From assembly GCA_900542285.1 (NCBI GenBank), contig UQNF01000005.1:1185-65184 (forward strand): DNA of 64,000 nucleotides, read 5' to 3'. Each line of letters starts with the position of its first letter. Within the stretch, counting starts at the first letter, position 1. Shown here in pieces: positions 31,204-40,832 of the stretch. The notes beneath the pieces are model-generated. The model made no database searches. It saw only the letters and a program-made list of their open reading frames with translations, and was not told where the DNA came from. A program made the position numbers and the translations under genes. Source of the stretch: an uncultured Clostridium sp. Lineage in GTDB: Bacteria; Bacillota; Clostridia; Christensenellales; CAG-138.

Positions 31204-31935
31204 CTATCGAAGTTGAGCCTGTCTATTGTAGTTGCGGGGGCCAAAGATAGCGCTCCCGACCCGAATATAGGTTGCTCCCTCTGCAATTGCGGCCTTATAG
31301 TCTCCGCTCATGCCCATGGAAAGCTCCTGCATACAAACGTTCTCCGATTCAAAGTTCTTCATGCGCTCGAATAGTTCCCTCATCCTCGCAAAATACGGCC
31401 TTACGGCCTCCTCGCTGCCTATGGGAGGCACGCACATCAGACCCTTTACGAGCACCCCGGGCATACCGGACGCTGTCTTTAGCAGCTCCGGAAGTGCTTG
31501 CGGCAGGATCCCCGATTTTTGCTCCTCTGCACCGATGTTGACCTCGATAAGTATCGGCTGAACGATGTTATTCTTTGCTGCTATTCGATTGACTTCGGCA
31601 AGCACCGCTTCCCTATCCACCGACTGAATGAGATCCGCCTTGCCAACAAGGTATTTGACCTTGTTCGTTTGCAGCGTTCCGATAAAGTGCTTGATTAGCG
31701 AATGTTCGGTAAAGAACCCATATTTATCGGTAAACTCCTGCGCTCTGTTCTCGCCAACCTCGGTGATCCCATCCCATACAGCCGGAAGTATCCTCGATAT
31801 TTCGACGAACTTTGTAACTGCGATCAGCCTTATTTCATCAAGGGCTCTGCCGGAAACATAAGCAGCCTCCGCCATTCCTTCACGAACCAGCCTCAATCTT
31901 TCTCGGACTTGAATATCCGCTTCTTCGGTACCCAA
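31204..31935 (-). CDS. yggS: YggS/YlmE-family pyridoxal-phosphate homeostasis protein
   Basis: LIAVTKF (PLP lysine), HFIGTLQTNKVK, and SMGMSGDY near the C-terminus. Confidence 0.88.
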   Translation of the reverse strand: MGTEEADIQVRERLRLVREGMAEAAYVSGRALDEIRLIAVTKFVEISRILPAVWDGITEVGENRAQEFTDKYGFFTEHSLIKHFIGTLQTNKVKYLVGKADLIQSVDREAVLAEVNRIAAKNNIVQPILIEVNIGAEEQKSGILPQALPELLKTASGMPGVLVKGLMCVPPIGSEEAVRPYFARMRELFERMKNFESENVCMQELSMGMSGDYKAAIAEGATYIRVGSAIFGPRNYNRQAQLR

Positions 31936-33119
31936 TATTTCACCCCCGAACTCAAATCATATTCATCGCTTGCGCTTCTGATGATTGCGGTATCACCATC
32001 CACTGCAAGCACTTCTATCTCTATTCGTTTTTTTACTCCGTCCTGCATGATATCGATAAACTGTCCGTTCTCGTCATTTATGACCGAGTCCAGCTCGACC
32101 CTTTCACCCGAAAGCACAGCGTTCACGGTGATGCTCACATTCCTTGCATACGCAAGCTCTCCAAGCTCATCGTTGACCCTGAGTATGTTCACCACCTTAT
32201 TTCCGCTTATGACGCACTTTAATGCGGTCGCACTGTACTCGCCGTAACCGCTGACGCTGATATCATAGGTTACTCCTTCTGCCAGACGAAAAGCATCATC
32301 CGAATCGGTCAGGAAAGCGCAATACCACTCATTGGGATCAATAAGCCTGTATGTGAGCGTTTCCGACTCCACCGTCCAGCTTACTGCATTCTTCTTTTTT
32401 AGCGCACCCGAGACGACAGGGGCGGAAATAATGGAGAGCTTGTCCTTGTTGAGCGCATTTTCATAGCCGTCAAAATAAAAGCTGATGATACCGCTGTCCT
32501 CCGTATCGACCTCCTCCAGCCAATTATTCAAATTGGCCTTGGCCTGCTCCTCTCTATCGTATAGGTTTTTGAGCTTTTCCGTGGGCTGAAGGATGCTTTT
32601 CAGATATTCGCTGCGTTCGTCCATCTTTTCTGAAAGCAGCTGCTCGAGCGCGATGATGGATTCCTCGCTTCCGCTGAGCGAAGCCTCAGCAATGCGCGCT
32701 TCGATGGCGTAAACTGCCTCGTTATACCCGGAGAGCGTACTATCCTTCACATCTCCGAGCTGCTCAAGCTGCGCAGCATATACCTCCTCACTGAGCTGCT
32801 GGAGCGTTATCCCCATGCCATCGCTGTAGCCGCGCTTGTAAACGTTCATTACCGGAGTACCCGGTTCGACAAGGCTTCCCTCCGGCACAAGATAATCAGC
32901 CCTCGTATAGCTGGCAGCCGTGTAAACCTTTTCATCCCTGATGATAACGGCCGAATACTTCTCGCTCACGGTCATCTCATCATGAGCCATTTCAGCGGTA
33001 AATCCGGAAAGTCTGATGATGCCGACGATAATAACGCTTATGAGAAGGATCGCAATTATCGCAAGTCCGATCCTTCTGACGCGATACTTCTTCTTGACCC
33101 TGACCCTAACTCTGTCCAT
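31893..33119 (-). CDS. Membrane-anchored HlyD-like/barrel-sandwich-hybrid protein, function unknown
   Basis: 408 aa with an N-terminal TM helix, a long coiled-coil middle and a beta-rich C-terminus. Family assignment is tentative. Confidence 0.45.
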   Translation of the reverse strand: MDRVRVRVKKKYRVRRIGLAIIAILLISVIIVGIIRLSGFTAEMAHDEMTVSEKYSAVIIRDEKVYTAASYTRADYLVPEGSLVEPGTPVMNVYKRGYSDGMGITLQQLSEEVYAAQLEQLGDVKDSTLSGYNEAVYAIEARIAEASLSGSEESIIALEQLLSEKMDERSEYLKSILQPTEKLKNLYDREEQAKANLNNWLEEVDTEDSGIISFYFDGYENALNKDKLSIISAPVVSGALKKKNAVSWTVESETLTYRLIDPNEWYCAFLTDSDDAFRLAEGVTYDISVSGYGEYSATALKCVISGNKVVNILRVNDELGELAYARNVSITVNAVLSGERVELDSVINDENGQFIDIMQDGVKKRIEIEVLAVDGDTAIIRSASDEYDLSSGVKYWVPKKRIFKSEKD

Positions 33120-33489
33120 CGATCACCTCATAGCCCTTCTTTTCGCTTCTGCCATACTGACGGTCAAAATTCTCCTTATTCTTTTCAGCATAACGCTCAA
33201 ACAGCTCGTCCGCGCTCATGCCGGAGCGAATGCACATGCTGACAAAGAAATGCAGTATGTCCACAAGTTCCCCCCTCAATGCATTGTCATCAATGGGCTT
33301 TTTGTTCTTCCACCACTTGAAGTTAACCTCATCGAGCACCTCGCTGAGCTCGCTGAGCATGGCAAGGATCTCCTTCTGCATCCATTCCTCGGTGCTGAAT
33401 TCAAGATGCCTGCGCGCTGAGATGTCATCGTCAAGCAGCTTCTGCATTTCAAAAATCTTATCAAGCTTATCCATTCTGTCTTTTCCCAT
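33106..33489 (-). CDS. All-alpha NTP pyrophosphohydrolase (dimeric dUTPase/MazG-like)
   Basis: 127 aa. Motifs AMLSELSEVLDE and ELVDILHFF are typical of the dimeric dUTPase-like fold. Confidence 0.6.
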   Translation of the reverse strand: MGKDRMDKLDKIFEMQKLLDDDISARRHLEFSTEEWMQKEILAMLSELSEVLDEVNFKWWKNKKPIDDNALRGELVDILHFFVSMCIRSGMSADELFERYAEKNKENFDRQYGRSEKKGYEVIDGQS

Positions 33490-33501
33490 ATCGAATCCGG
33501 T

Positions 33502-34776
33502 TTATAAGTTTGCAAAGGAATTTACAAGCTCCGTAAGCTCCTGCTCATACTCCTTTACCCTGCCGACAAAAACGGCGGTCATATTGCTGAAATCACAGAC
33601 GGTCGGAAGTATTTCCGCAACATCGGAAAGCCCGACGCCATCGATCTTTGCAAGCACCTCTGCCTCGCTCAGCTGCGGCACGCCCAGCAGCTCCGTCCTT
33701 CCGTTTGTGGAAGCATGAGCGGATGTGCTTTCGCTGCCAAGCAAATAGCTGCTCTTAAGCTGATTTTTGGCTCTTTCAAGCTCGGTATCCGTTATTCCGT
33801 CCCTCTTCACCCTTGCATATTCGTTGAGCATGAGCTTGGCAACATCGACCACCAGCTCCTCTCCGGTGCCTGCGTACAGGGTAAAATAGCCCGTTGTCGT
33901 GAAGAAAGCAGGTGTTGAGTAAACGGAATAAGCCAACCCATTGGACTCTCTGATGCTCTGGAAGAGGCGTGAACTCATGCTGCCGCCAACTGCGTTGTTA
34001 AGAACGAACAGCGGATATTGTCCCTTGCTCTCTCCGGGGAAGCCATTGAACGCAAGGCAGATATGCGTCTGCTCGATATCCTTTTCAATGAATCTGAGCT
34101 TAACGCCGCCTGCAGGCTGTCCGTATGCGATCTTCTCCCCATCCTTGCCGCCGCTGACCGAAAAGTATTTTTCAGCAGCCGTAATGAATTCATCCGGATC
34201 AAAGTGTCCTGCCACCGACAGCACCATATTGTCCGGACAATACAGCCTCGACATATATCCCGTGAGTGTTTCGCGAGTGAATGCGCGCACGCTCTCGGCA
34301 GTACCGAGCACGGGGTCGGCAAGAGGGTCGCCCTTGTAAAAAGTCTGGCACAATTGTTCGTGGGCAAGATCCTCCGGTGAATCCTCATTCATGGATATCT
34401 CCTCAAGCACAACACCCTTTTCACGCTCGATATCGTCGATATCGAGCTTTGGATTGCAGACGATATCCGCAAGCAGCTCCAGTGCGCGCTGTATGTTTTC
34501 GTCGATGACCTTGACATAAAAGCAGGTGCATTCCTTTGATGTGAATGCGTTAAGGTTACCGCCTATCGCGTCGCTTTGCTCCGCTATCTCGCTTGCGGTA
34601 CGCTTGTTTGTACCCTTGAACAGCATATGTTCTATGAAATGGGATACACCGCTCTCGGGCTCACGCTCATAAATGGAACCTGCGCCGATCCAAACGCCAA
34701 TGGATACCGAGCGAACTCCCTCCATGGGTTCGCATACGATACGCATTCCGTTATTCAATCTCTTCTTGATTATCAT
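33502..34776 (-). CDS. M16-family zinc peptidase (MlpA/YmxG-like)
   Basis: Inverted zinc motif HFIEH at the N-terminus, 424 aa. Synteny pnp-ylxY-mlpA as in Bacillus. Confidence 0.88.
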   Translation of the reverse strand: MIIKKRLNNGMRIVCEPMEGVRSVSIGVWIGAGSIYEREPESGVSHFIEHMLFKGTNKRTASEIAEQSDAIGGNLNAFTSKECTCFYVKVIDENIQRALELLADIVCNPKLDIDDIEREKGVVLEEISMNEDSPEDLAHEQLCQTFYKGDPLADPVLGTAESVRAFTRETLTGYMSRLYCPDNMVLSVAGHFDPDEFITAAEKYFSVSGGKDGEKIAYGQPAGGVKLRFIEKDIEQTHICLAFNGFPGESKGQYPLFVLNNAVGGSMSSRLFQSIRESNGLAYSVYSTPAFFTTTGYFTLYAGTGEELVVDVAKLMLNEYARVKRDGITDTELERAKNQLKSSYLLGSESTSAHASTNGRTELLGVPQLSEAEVLAKIDGVGLSDVAEILPTVCDFSNMTAVFVGRVKEYEQELTELVNSFANL

Positions 34777-34819
34777 ATTATTCTTCCTTCTCCGATACCG
34801 TATCGCAGCAATACGGCTT

Positions 34820-35566
34820 CTAATTGTATATTGTACTGCTAACTGTGGTAATAGTCAAGCCCTTATCGTAAAAATACGCTAATATATCCGGCAAAGCCTC
34901 CAAAAAACCCTGCGTTGGAGACACCAACAGGATATTTCCTCCGTTAGTGTTGCCTTTAATTCGGCTAAATATGTCCTCTCCTACTCCGTTTGCGCAGAGA
35001 AGATCCAATGTGCACTTGATGGGCGTAAGCTTGCACCTCCTTGCAGCGATTGCAGAAACATTCGTATTCCTGTTTCCGCAGTAGTATAGCGACACATCAA
35101 AGCCTGTTTCACTCTTTATTATTTCACATGATTTTTTCAGGTCATTCTGTATGAACGAAGCTTTCCCGTCTTTATCGGGAGAATAGCCCATTGTCGCCAG
35201 CTCATGCCCTTCGGCAAGTATCCGGCGGAGCAAATCTCCGTTGTTCTCCGCCCATTCCCCGCTGACGGCAAAGGTGATATTCACGCCGCTTTTGTTCAAC
35301 AGGTCAAGTATCTCCGGCAGTGCCTTGGCATCCCAGCTGACCGCGCATTCAAGGGCTACGCAGTCCCTATTGCTGCCCTTGTAGATGGGAAAGCCCGATA
35401 CCGCCACGGCTTCTGTGGAATACGGATGTATGAGTGCAATGTACAGCCCTGCGATTATCGCCGCAAGCAGCAGGTTTATCGTAAACATTCTCCCGACACG
35501 TTTGAACTTCGATTCTGATTTCATAAGCATACCCACTTTCTGTTGTTTATTAAGCTTATGAACCAA
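34820..35566 (-). CDS. Polysaccharide deacetylase-family protein (YlxY-like)
   Basis: An N-terminal TM helix followed by a NodB-like region. Position directly downstream of pnp matches Bacillus ylxY. Confidence 0.65.
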   Translation of the reverse strand: MVHKLNKQQKVGMLMKSESKFKRVGRMFTINLLLAAIIAGLYIALIHPYSTEAVAVSGFPIYKGSNRDCVALECAVSWDAKALPEILDLLNKSGVNITFAVSGEWAENNGDLLRRILAEGHELATMGYSPDKDGKASFIQNDLKKSCEIIKSETGFDVSLYYCGNRNTNVSAIAARRCKLTPIKCTLDLLCANGVGEDIFSRIKGNTNGGNILLVSPTQGFLEALPDILAYFYDKGLTITTVSSTIYN

Positions 35567-35622
35567 TCTGCCGGGTAATGAAAACGAGCTGCGAGGATTC
35601 GCAGCTCGAAAGGTTCTAATGA

Positions 35623-37719
35623 TTATTTGTTATCGGGAATGAGCCCCTTACGGGTAAGGTCGATCTTACCGTCAGCACGGATCTCCGTAACTCTTACAAG
35701 TATCTCATCACCGATGGATACAACATCCTCGACACGCTCAACCCGGTGATTTGCAAGCCTTGAGATATGAACAAGGCCCTTCTTGCCGGGCTTTAGCTCG
35801 ACCTGTGCGCCGATGGGAAGGATATTGACCACCTTGCCCAGGATAACATCGCCGACCTGGATATCCCGAACGATATTGTCAATGATGCTCTTTGCCTTCT
35901 CCGCCGCCGCTGCATCGGTGGAAGCGATGAATACCCTGCCGTCATCCTCGATATCGATCTTGACTCCGGTCTCAGCAACAATACCGTTGATGGTCTTGCC
36001 GCCGCTGCCAATGACCTCGCGAATCTTGTCGGGGTTGATGGTAAACTGAAGGATGCGAGGTGCGAACTCGGAAAGCTCCTTGCGAGGCTCTGCAATGGTC
36101 TCCATCATCCTGTCGAGGATGAAGAGCCTTCCCTGCCTTGCCTGCTCTAATGCGCGGGTAAGTATCTGCTCATCAATGCCCTTGATCTTAATATCCATCT
36201 GGATTGCAGTTATGCCTTCGCGAGTGCCGGCAACCTTGAAATCCATATCGCCCATGAAATCCTCAAGGCCCTGAATATCGGTGAGGATAGCGATATTTCC
36301 GGTATTATCGTCCTTGATAAGGCCCATTGCGCAGCCTGCGACCGGCGCCTTGATGGGTACGCCTGCATCCATGAGGGAAAGGGTGCTGCCGCAGATTGAA
36401 GCCTGAGAAGTTGAACCGTTGCTGGAAACAACTTCTGAAACGAGGCGGATAGCATAGGGGAATTCTTCCTCCGAGGGAAGTACGGGCAGGAGCGCACGCT
36501 CCGCAAGTGCGCCGTGGCCAATCTCACGCCTGCCGGGGCTGCCGAGACGCTTGACCTCTCCGGTGCTGTACGGAGGCATGTTATAGTGATGAATGTACCT
36601 CTTAAACTCCTCGTCGCCAATACCGTCGATGGTCTGGCCGTCACCGAGAGTGCCAAGGGTCGCAATAGTCATTACCTGGGTCTGACCGCGGGTAAATACC
36701 GCAGAACCGTGGGTACGGGGCAGGATACCGACCTCGCTCCAAATGGGGCGGATCTGGGTGTGAGTGCGTCCGTCGGGACGGATGCCCTTATTGATTATCT
36801 TATCACGAAGGATCTCCTTCATGAGATAATAGAGAATATTGTCGATATCGGCTGCGGAATCGGGATACTCCTCAGCAAAATGCTCTATGGTCTCAGCCTT
36901 TACCTGCGAGGTGCGCTGTTCGCGCTCATGTCTGTCGAAGGTATCAAGCTGCCATTCAACCTTTTCACGGGCAAACTCGATGACCTTTGCCTTAAGCTCC
37001 TCATCGGGAGTATGGATAACGGGGACAAGCTTTTCCTTGCCGATCTCCGCCTGTATCTCGGATATCCAGGCAACGATGGTCTTGATGTATTCATGACCAA
37101 GGAGGATTGCGTCGAGCATTTCCTTCTCGGTGACCTCGTTTGCGCCCGCTTCGACCATCATGACGGCGTCCTTGGTGCCTGCCACGGTAAGGTGCAGGCG
37201 GCTGGCTTCACGCTGCTTGGAATCGGGATTGATGATATAGTTGCCGTCAACATAGCCAACGCTGACCGCGCCGATGGGGCCTGCAAACGGAGCCTCGCTG
37301 ATAGACAGCGCAAGGGATGCACCGTTCATAGCAAGGATGTCGGGCTGTACGTCATTTTCAACGCTCATGCAGGTCGCAACTACCTGAACATCATTATAGA
37401 ATCCCTTGGGGAAAAGCGGACGGATCGGACGGTCGATAAGACGGCTGGTAAGTATAGCCTTTTCGGAGGGGCGGCCTTCGCGCTTGATGAAGCCTCCCGG
37501 GATCTTTCCGGCTGCATACATCTTTTCTTCATAATCACAGCTCAGAGGCAGGAAATCGGCTCCTTCCCTGGGCTGGCCGGATACGGTGGCGCATACGAGC
37601 AGGGCTGTATTGCCGCAGCTGATGAGTACCGAACCGCCTGCCTGTTCTGCATACTTGCCGGTTTCAGCGACAATGATCCTTCCGGCGAGCTCTAACGTGA
37701 ATTTTCTTTGCATGTTCAT
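35623..37719 (-). CDS. pnp: Polyribonucleotide nucleotidyltransferase (PNPase)
   Basis: 698 aa with two RNase PH domains, KH ([10 protein letters not shown]) and an S1 domain ([20 protein letters not shown]). Confidence 0.98.
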   Translation of the reverse strand: MNMQRKFTLELAGRIIVAETGKYAEQAGGSVLISCGNTALLVCATVSGQPREGADFLPLSCDYEEKMYAAGKIPGGFIKREGRPSEKAILTSRLIDRPIRPLFPKGFYNDVQVVATCMSVENDVQPDILAMNGASLALSISEAPFAGPIGAVSVGYVDGNYIINPDSKQREASRLHLTVAGTKDAVMMVEAGANEVTEKEMLDAILLGHEYIKTIVAWISEIQAEIGKEKLVPVIHTPDEELKAKVIEFAREKVEWQLDTFDRHEREQRTSQVKAETIEHFAEEYPDSAADIDNILYYLMKEILRDKIINKGIRPDGRTHTQIRPIWSEVGILPRTHGSAVFTRGQTQVMTIATLGTLGDGQTIDGIGDEEFKRYIHHYNMPPYSTGEVKRLGSPGRREIGHGALAERALLPVLPSEEEFPYAIRLVSEVVSSNGSTSQASICGSTLSLMDAGVPIKAPVAGCAMGLIKDDNTGNIAILTDIQGLEDFMGDMDFKVAGTREGITAIQMDIKIKGIDEQILTRALEQARQGRLFILDRMMETIAEPRKELSEFAPRILQFTINPDKIREVIGSGGKTINGIVAETGVKIDIEDDGRVFIASTDAAAAEKAKSIIDNIVRDIQVGDVILGKVVNILPIGAQVELKPGKKGLVHISRLANHRVERVEDVVSIGDEILVRVTEIRADGKIDLTRKGLIPDNK

Positions 37720-37893
37720 GCTCCTTTTATATCTTTATCTTAAATTATTAACACAGATAAACCGATGAAGGCGTACACGATGTATCTATCCCTATTTTTA
37801 ATATGCCTGCTGCGGATAATAAAAATGCCCTCTCAAGAAAACTTCCTTATTGAGGAAAACAATCGAAATATCTTGTTCTGCCGTCATCCTGTC

Positions 37894-37953
37894 AGGGAAT
37901 GGATTCAGCCGTTCCGAGGAAATATCCAAGCCGAACGGGAAAATCCATTCCCT
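37894..37953 (-). promoter_or_regulatory. Long hairpin in the rpsO-pnp intergenic leader
   Basis: A 12-bp outer stem AGGGAATGGATT/AATCCATTCCCT plus an inner 6-bp stem CCGTTC/GAACGG. Confidence 0.6.
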
Positions 37954-37957
37954 AATG

Positions 37958-37992
37958 CTTTACAAAGAAAGGCGGGTTACTCCGCCCCGCCC
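37958..37992 (-). terminator. rpsO intrinsic terminator
   Basis: Minus strand: GGGCGGG-loop-CCCGCC followed by TTTCTTTGT. Confidence 0.65.
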
Positions 37993-38008
37993 TTCATTGT
38001 AGATAAAA

Positions 38009-38272
38009 TTACTTCCTGATTCCGAGCTCAGCGATGATGGTTCTGTAACGCTCGATGTCAACTTCCTTGAGGTAGTTGAGCAGACCGCGGCGCTTACCTA
38101 CCATCTTAAGCAGACCACGACGGGAATGATTATCCTTCTGGTGGGTCTTGAGGTGCTCGGTAAGGTGGTTGATGCGCTCAGTGAGAAGAGCGATCTGAAC
38201 CTCGGGGGAACCGGTATCGCCCTCATGAAGGGCAAACCTGGTGATGATCTCGTTCTTGCGTTCTTTTTCCAT
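38009..38272 (-). CDS. rpsO: 30S ribosomal protein S15
   Basis: 87 aa. [45 protein letters not shown]. Confidence 0.98.
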   Translation of the reverse strand: MEKERKNEIITRFALHEGDTGSPEVQIALLTERINHLTEHLKTHQKDNHSRRGLLKMVGKRRGLLNYLKEVDIERYRTIIAELGIRK

Positions 38273-38466
38273 TTTAAAGAACCTCCTGTTACTTAGTATC
38301 CCTGTAAGCTGCGTATTGCGTTGGAGTCTCGCAAAACGAAGCAGGCAGATTGCACATGGCTCTGCACCATAGCATGACTATTGTAACACATTTTTTTAGT
38401 TTGTAAAGGGATAATTCGTAATATACTAATTTTTTGCATAAAAATCTTGGCATCAATAACAACCGG

Positions 38467-38501
38467 CAAAAACAAAGAAGCAAGCCGTAAAAGCTTGCTT
38501 C
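38467..38501 (-). terminator. Intrinsic terminator after tRNA-Trp
   Basis: Minus strand: GAAGCAAGC-TTTTACG-GCTTGCTTC followed by TTTGTTTTTG. Confidence 0.75.
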
Positions 38502-38506
38502 GTGTT

Positions 38507-38580
38507 TGGCAGGGGCACTAAGATTCGAACTCAGAAGAACGGTTTTGGAGACCGCTATGTTACCATTACATCATGCCCCT
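38507..38580 (-). tRNA. tRNA-Trp (anticodon CCA)
   Basis: Minus strand AGGGGCATGATGTAATGGTAACATAGCGGTCTCCAAAACCGTTCTTCTGAGTTCGAATCTTAGTGCCCCTGCCA. It has a 7-bp acceptor stem, anticodon loop CTCCAAA, T-loop GTTCGAATC and an encoded CCA. Confidence 0.9.
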
Positions 38581-38596
38581 CCGCTGCAACGTTTGT

Positions 38597-38625
38597 ATTC
38601 TATCATTTGATAGATGGTTTGTCAA
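38597..38625 (-). promoter_or_regulatory. SigmaA-type promoter for tRNA-Trp
   Basis: Minus strand: TTGACA, 17 nt, TAGAAT. It ends about 17 nt upstream of the mature tRNA 5' end. Confidence 0.6.
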
Positions 38626-38759
38626 GCACTATTTTTCCGCTTTCTCAAAAAAGTTTGCCGTTCAAATTCCCTTCCGCATTATCTCCGGGGATTCATTAAT
38701 AGTTCGTTGTTAATGCTGCAAGGGTCTGAAGCGCAGACCCTGCAGCATATCTCTCTCTT

Positions 38760-39749
38760 TCAATCGTTATTCTTGGTGTACTCTATGCCGTTGACATAGA
38801 ATATGACCTCATCGACACTCCCAAAGCCCTGTGCTGTGAGCATTGCGCTGTTAACGGCAAGCTCATACAGGCCCGGTGTTTCCGAAATTGCAACGAAATC
38901 CTCGGTCAAATTGATCCTTAGCACCCCATTTTCGAGCGTTGCACCGAGAACGATGGTGTCCGTCGGGAAACAGCTTACCAGATTCGGAAGGTCGGTTCCC
39001 GAAACCAGCTCGCTTATGCACGAGTATAGGTCGGTACTGCCCTGGACATAGCGCGTGACGGGAATATTCAGGCTGCCCGACGAGTTCGGGAAGTATAGTG
39101 TAATGGCATTGGCGCTGCCGGAGGTTGCAACGGAGTTCTGCTCGACATTCACCCTATACGCAGCGTGATTGCTGGGTAGTGCGCTGCCGTTCACGGTCCT
39201 TCCGTCCTTACCGTCCAGAAGAATGGTCACCTCATTAATGCTGTCAAACTCCGTAAGCGTGTTTACTATCGACACGAACATCAGCTGCTCGGCCTCTGCA
39301 TCGGGAAGCGCCGGCATATGCTTCAGATTCACGATAGCATGGCCTTCAACGATGTTGAGTTCTATCTCAGTACCGTCCGGTATCACTCCTACTATTCCTT
39401 GCTGTTGGAATTCAAGCCTATTGGCTTCATTCTTAACAAGCTTGTTTAGGCATGCCTTTGCAATACCGGTCTCCCACGGAATTGAGACAGAAACCGGGAT
39501 GGTGTATCCCTCATCGGAGCTGAAGTACAGCGTTGAGCGGCGCGTTCTTTCGAGAGACGCCTCGGGTGTCGGTTCGATACTCGGCAGCGGCGTCGGTTCC
39601 TGCGTCGGCTTCGCCGTTCCCTGCTCGGGAGCTTCTGTTACCGGCTGCGGAGTGATGTCCCCCTTATTGCAGCCTGCAAGCATCATTATGCACATTGAAA
39701 GCATCAAAACAAATGAGATAGTTCTGAAAAAACCAAGGTATTTCTTCAT
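38760..39749 (-). CDS. GerMN-domain lipoprotein (GerM-like)
   Basis: 329 aa. Lipobox LAGC, a Pro/Thr/Glu-rich linker, and two tandem repeats with a GerMN-like pattern (TLYF...ALP... twice). Confidence 0.65.
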   Translation of the reverse strand: MKKYLGFFRTISFVLMLSMCIMMLAGCNKGDITPQPVTEAPEQGTAKPTQEPTPLPSIEPTPEASLERTRRSTLYFSSDEGYTIPVSVSIPWETGIAKACLNKLVKNEANRLEFQQQGIVGVIPDGTEIELNIVEGHAIVNLKHMPALPDAEAEQLMFVSIVNTLTEFDSINEVTILLDGKDGRTVNGSALPSNHAAYRVNVEQNSVATSGSANAITLYFPNSSGSLNIPVTRYVQGSTDLYSCISELVSGTDLPNLVSCFPTDTIVLGATLENGVLRINLTEDFVAISETPGLYELAVNSAMLTAQGFGSVDEVIFYVNGIEYTKNND

Positions 39750-39986
39750 TCTTTCCCTCCATCGCTTTATCGCTCAATTATATGAGTGGTCGAACACAAT
39801 AATTCTCCTTTTTCCCTATTGCGATAGGAGAAATAGTATCATCGACGGAGTATTCTAAAAAACATGAGGACTCTTGCAAATAGAGCCCCCATGATTTCAG
39901 TAAAAATGGTATTATAGTTATTTGCCCGTGCCGGTTCAGCCGACAGCATCATCCGCTGTTATGGCTGCAATCGAGCAGCATTCAGA

Positions 39987-40784
39987 TCACTTGAAAACCA
40001 GATGAAAAACATTCCAGTCGAGTATCAGATATATGCCCAGAACCGCCGTATATATGGCAAAGCCCCGGAACGAATGCTTCGTTATAAGCTTTATCATAAA
40101 GCGTACCGCAAAGTATCCGCAAATGCCGGCAGCGAGGACTCCGACCAGAACTGGAAGTATTCCCCCGTTTATTCCTTCCTTTATTGCACCGGGGACCTCA
40201 AGCACAGCGCCGCCAAGAATGGCAGGTATCGAAAGCAGGAAGCTGAATTCGGCGGCATCCTCTTTCTTCATTCTGCATAGGCTTGCGCCCGTGATGGTTG
40301 CTCCGGATCGTGACACGCCAGGCAGGATAGCAATTCCCTGCATGAAGCCGATGAACAAGGCCTGATACCATTTCATCGTCTGAACGCTCAGATCTGCGCT
40401 GTAATTCTTTCTCATGACATCACATGCGGTCAAAAGAAGTGCTGTGAAAATGAAGCAGTATCCCAAATAACGCCCGTCATTCGCCGATTCAAAGAAGTCG
40501 CCCAGTACGAGCTGCATAATGACCGTCACAAGCGTGGCTGCTATCATCCATACCCAGTATTTCCAAAGCCTGACCGGATGGCATAGCATCTCGATTATGC
40601 GTTTTCTGTATACGATGAGTACCGCAAGGAGCGTACCCAGATGAAGCATTACGGTAAAGAACAGGCCGTCGGCAGTGATGCCGAACAGGTTCTGAAATAT
40701 CAGCAGATGACCGCTGCTCGAGACCGGCAGAAACTCACAGAGTCCCTGCACTATTCCGAGGATTATCGCCCGAATGTATTCCAT
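39987..40784 (-). CDS. uppP: Undecaprenyl-diphosphate phosphatase (BacA/UppP)
   Basis: 265 aa, polytopic, motifs GxxEFLPVSSSGHL and PGVSRSGATI. Confidence 0.92.
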   Translation of the reverse strand: MEYIRAIILGIVQGLCEFLPVSSSGHLLIFQNLFGITADGLFFTVMLHLGTLLAVLIVYRKRIIEMLCHPVRLWKYWVWMIAATLVTVIMQLVLGDFFESANDGRYLGYCFIFTALLLTACDVMRKNYSADLSVQTMKWYQALFIGFMQGIAILPGVSRSGATITGASLCRMKKEDAAEFSFLLSIPAILGGAVLEVPGAIKEGINGGILPVLVGVLAAGICGYFAVRFMIKLITKHSFRGFAIYTAVLGIYLILDWNVFHLVFK

Positions 40785-40832
40785 ATTCGTTCCCCCTCAA
40801 ATATTATTTCAATATTATAATTATACTCGCTA

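Noticed and set aside
36514-37695. 393-aa ORF on the plus strand
   Set aside because: It is entirely antisense to the highly conserved pnp gene, has no RBS and has a low-complexity Ala/Gly/Leu-rich translation. This is the typical shadow ORF of a GC-biased coding region.
38467-38760. tRNA-Trp as a possible integration hotspot or genomic island border
   Set aside because: There is no integrase, no direct repeat of the tRNA 3' end and no compositional break. The flanking genes (rpsO, gerM-like, uppP) are core genes.
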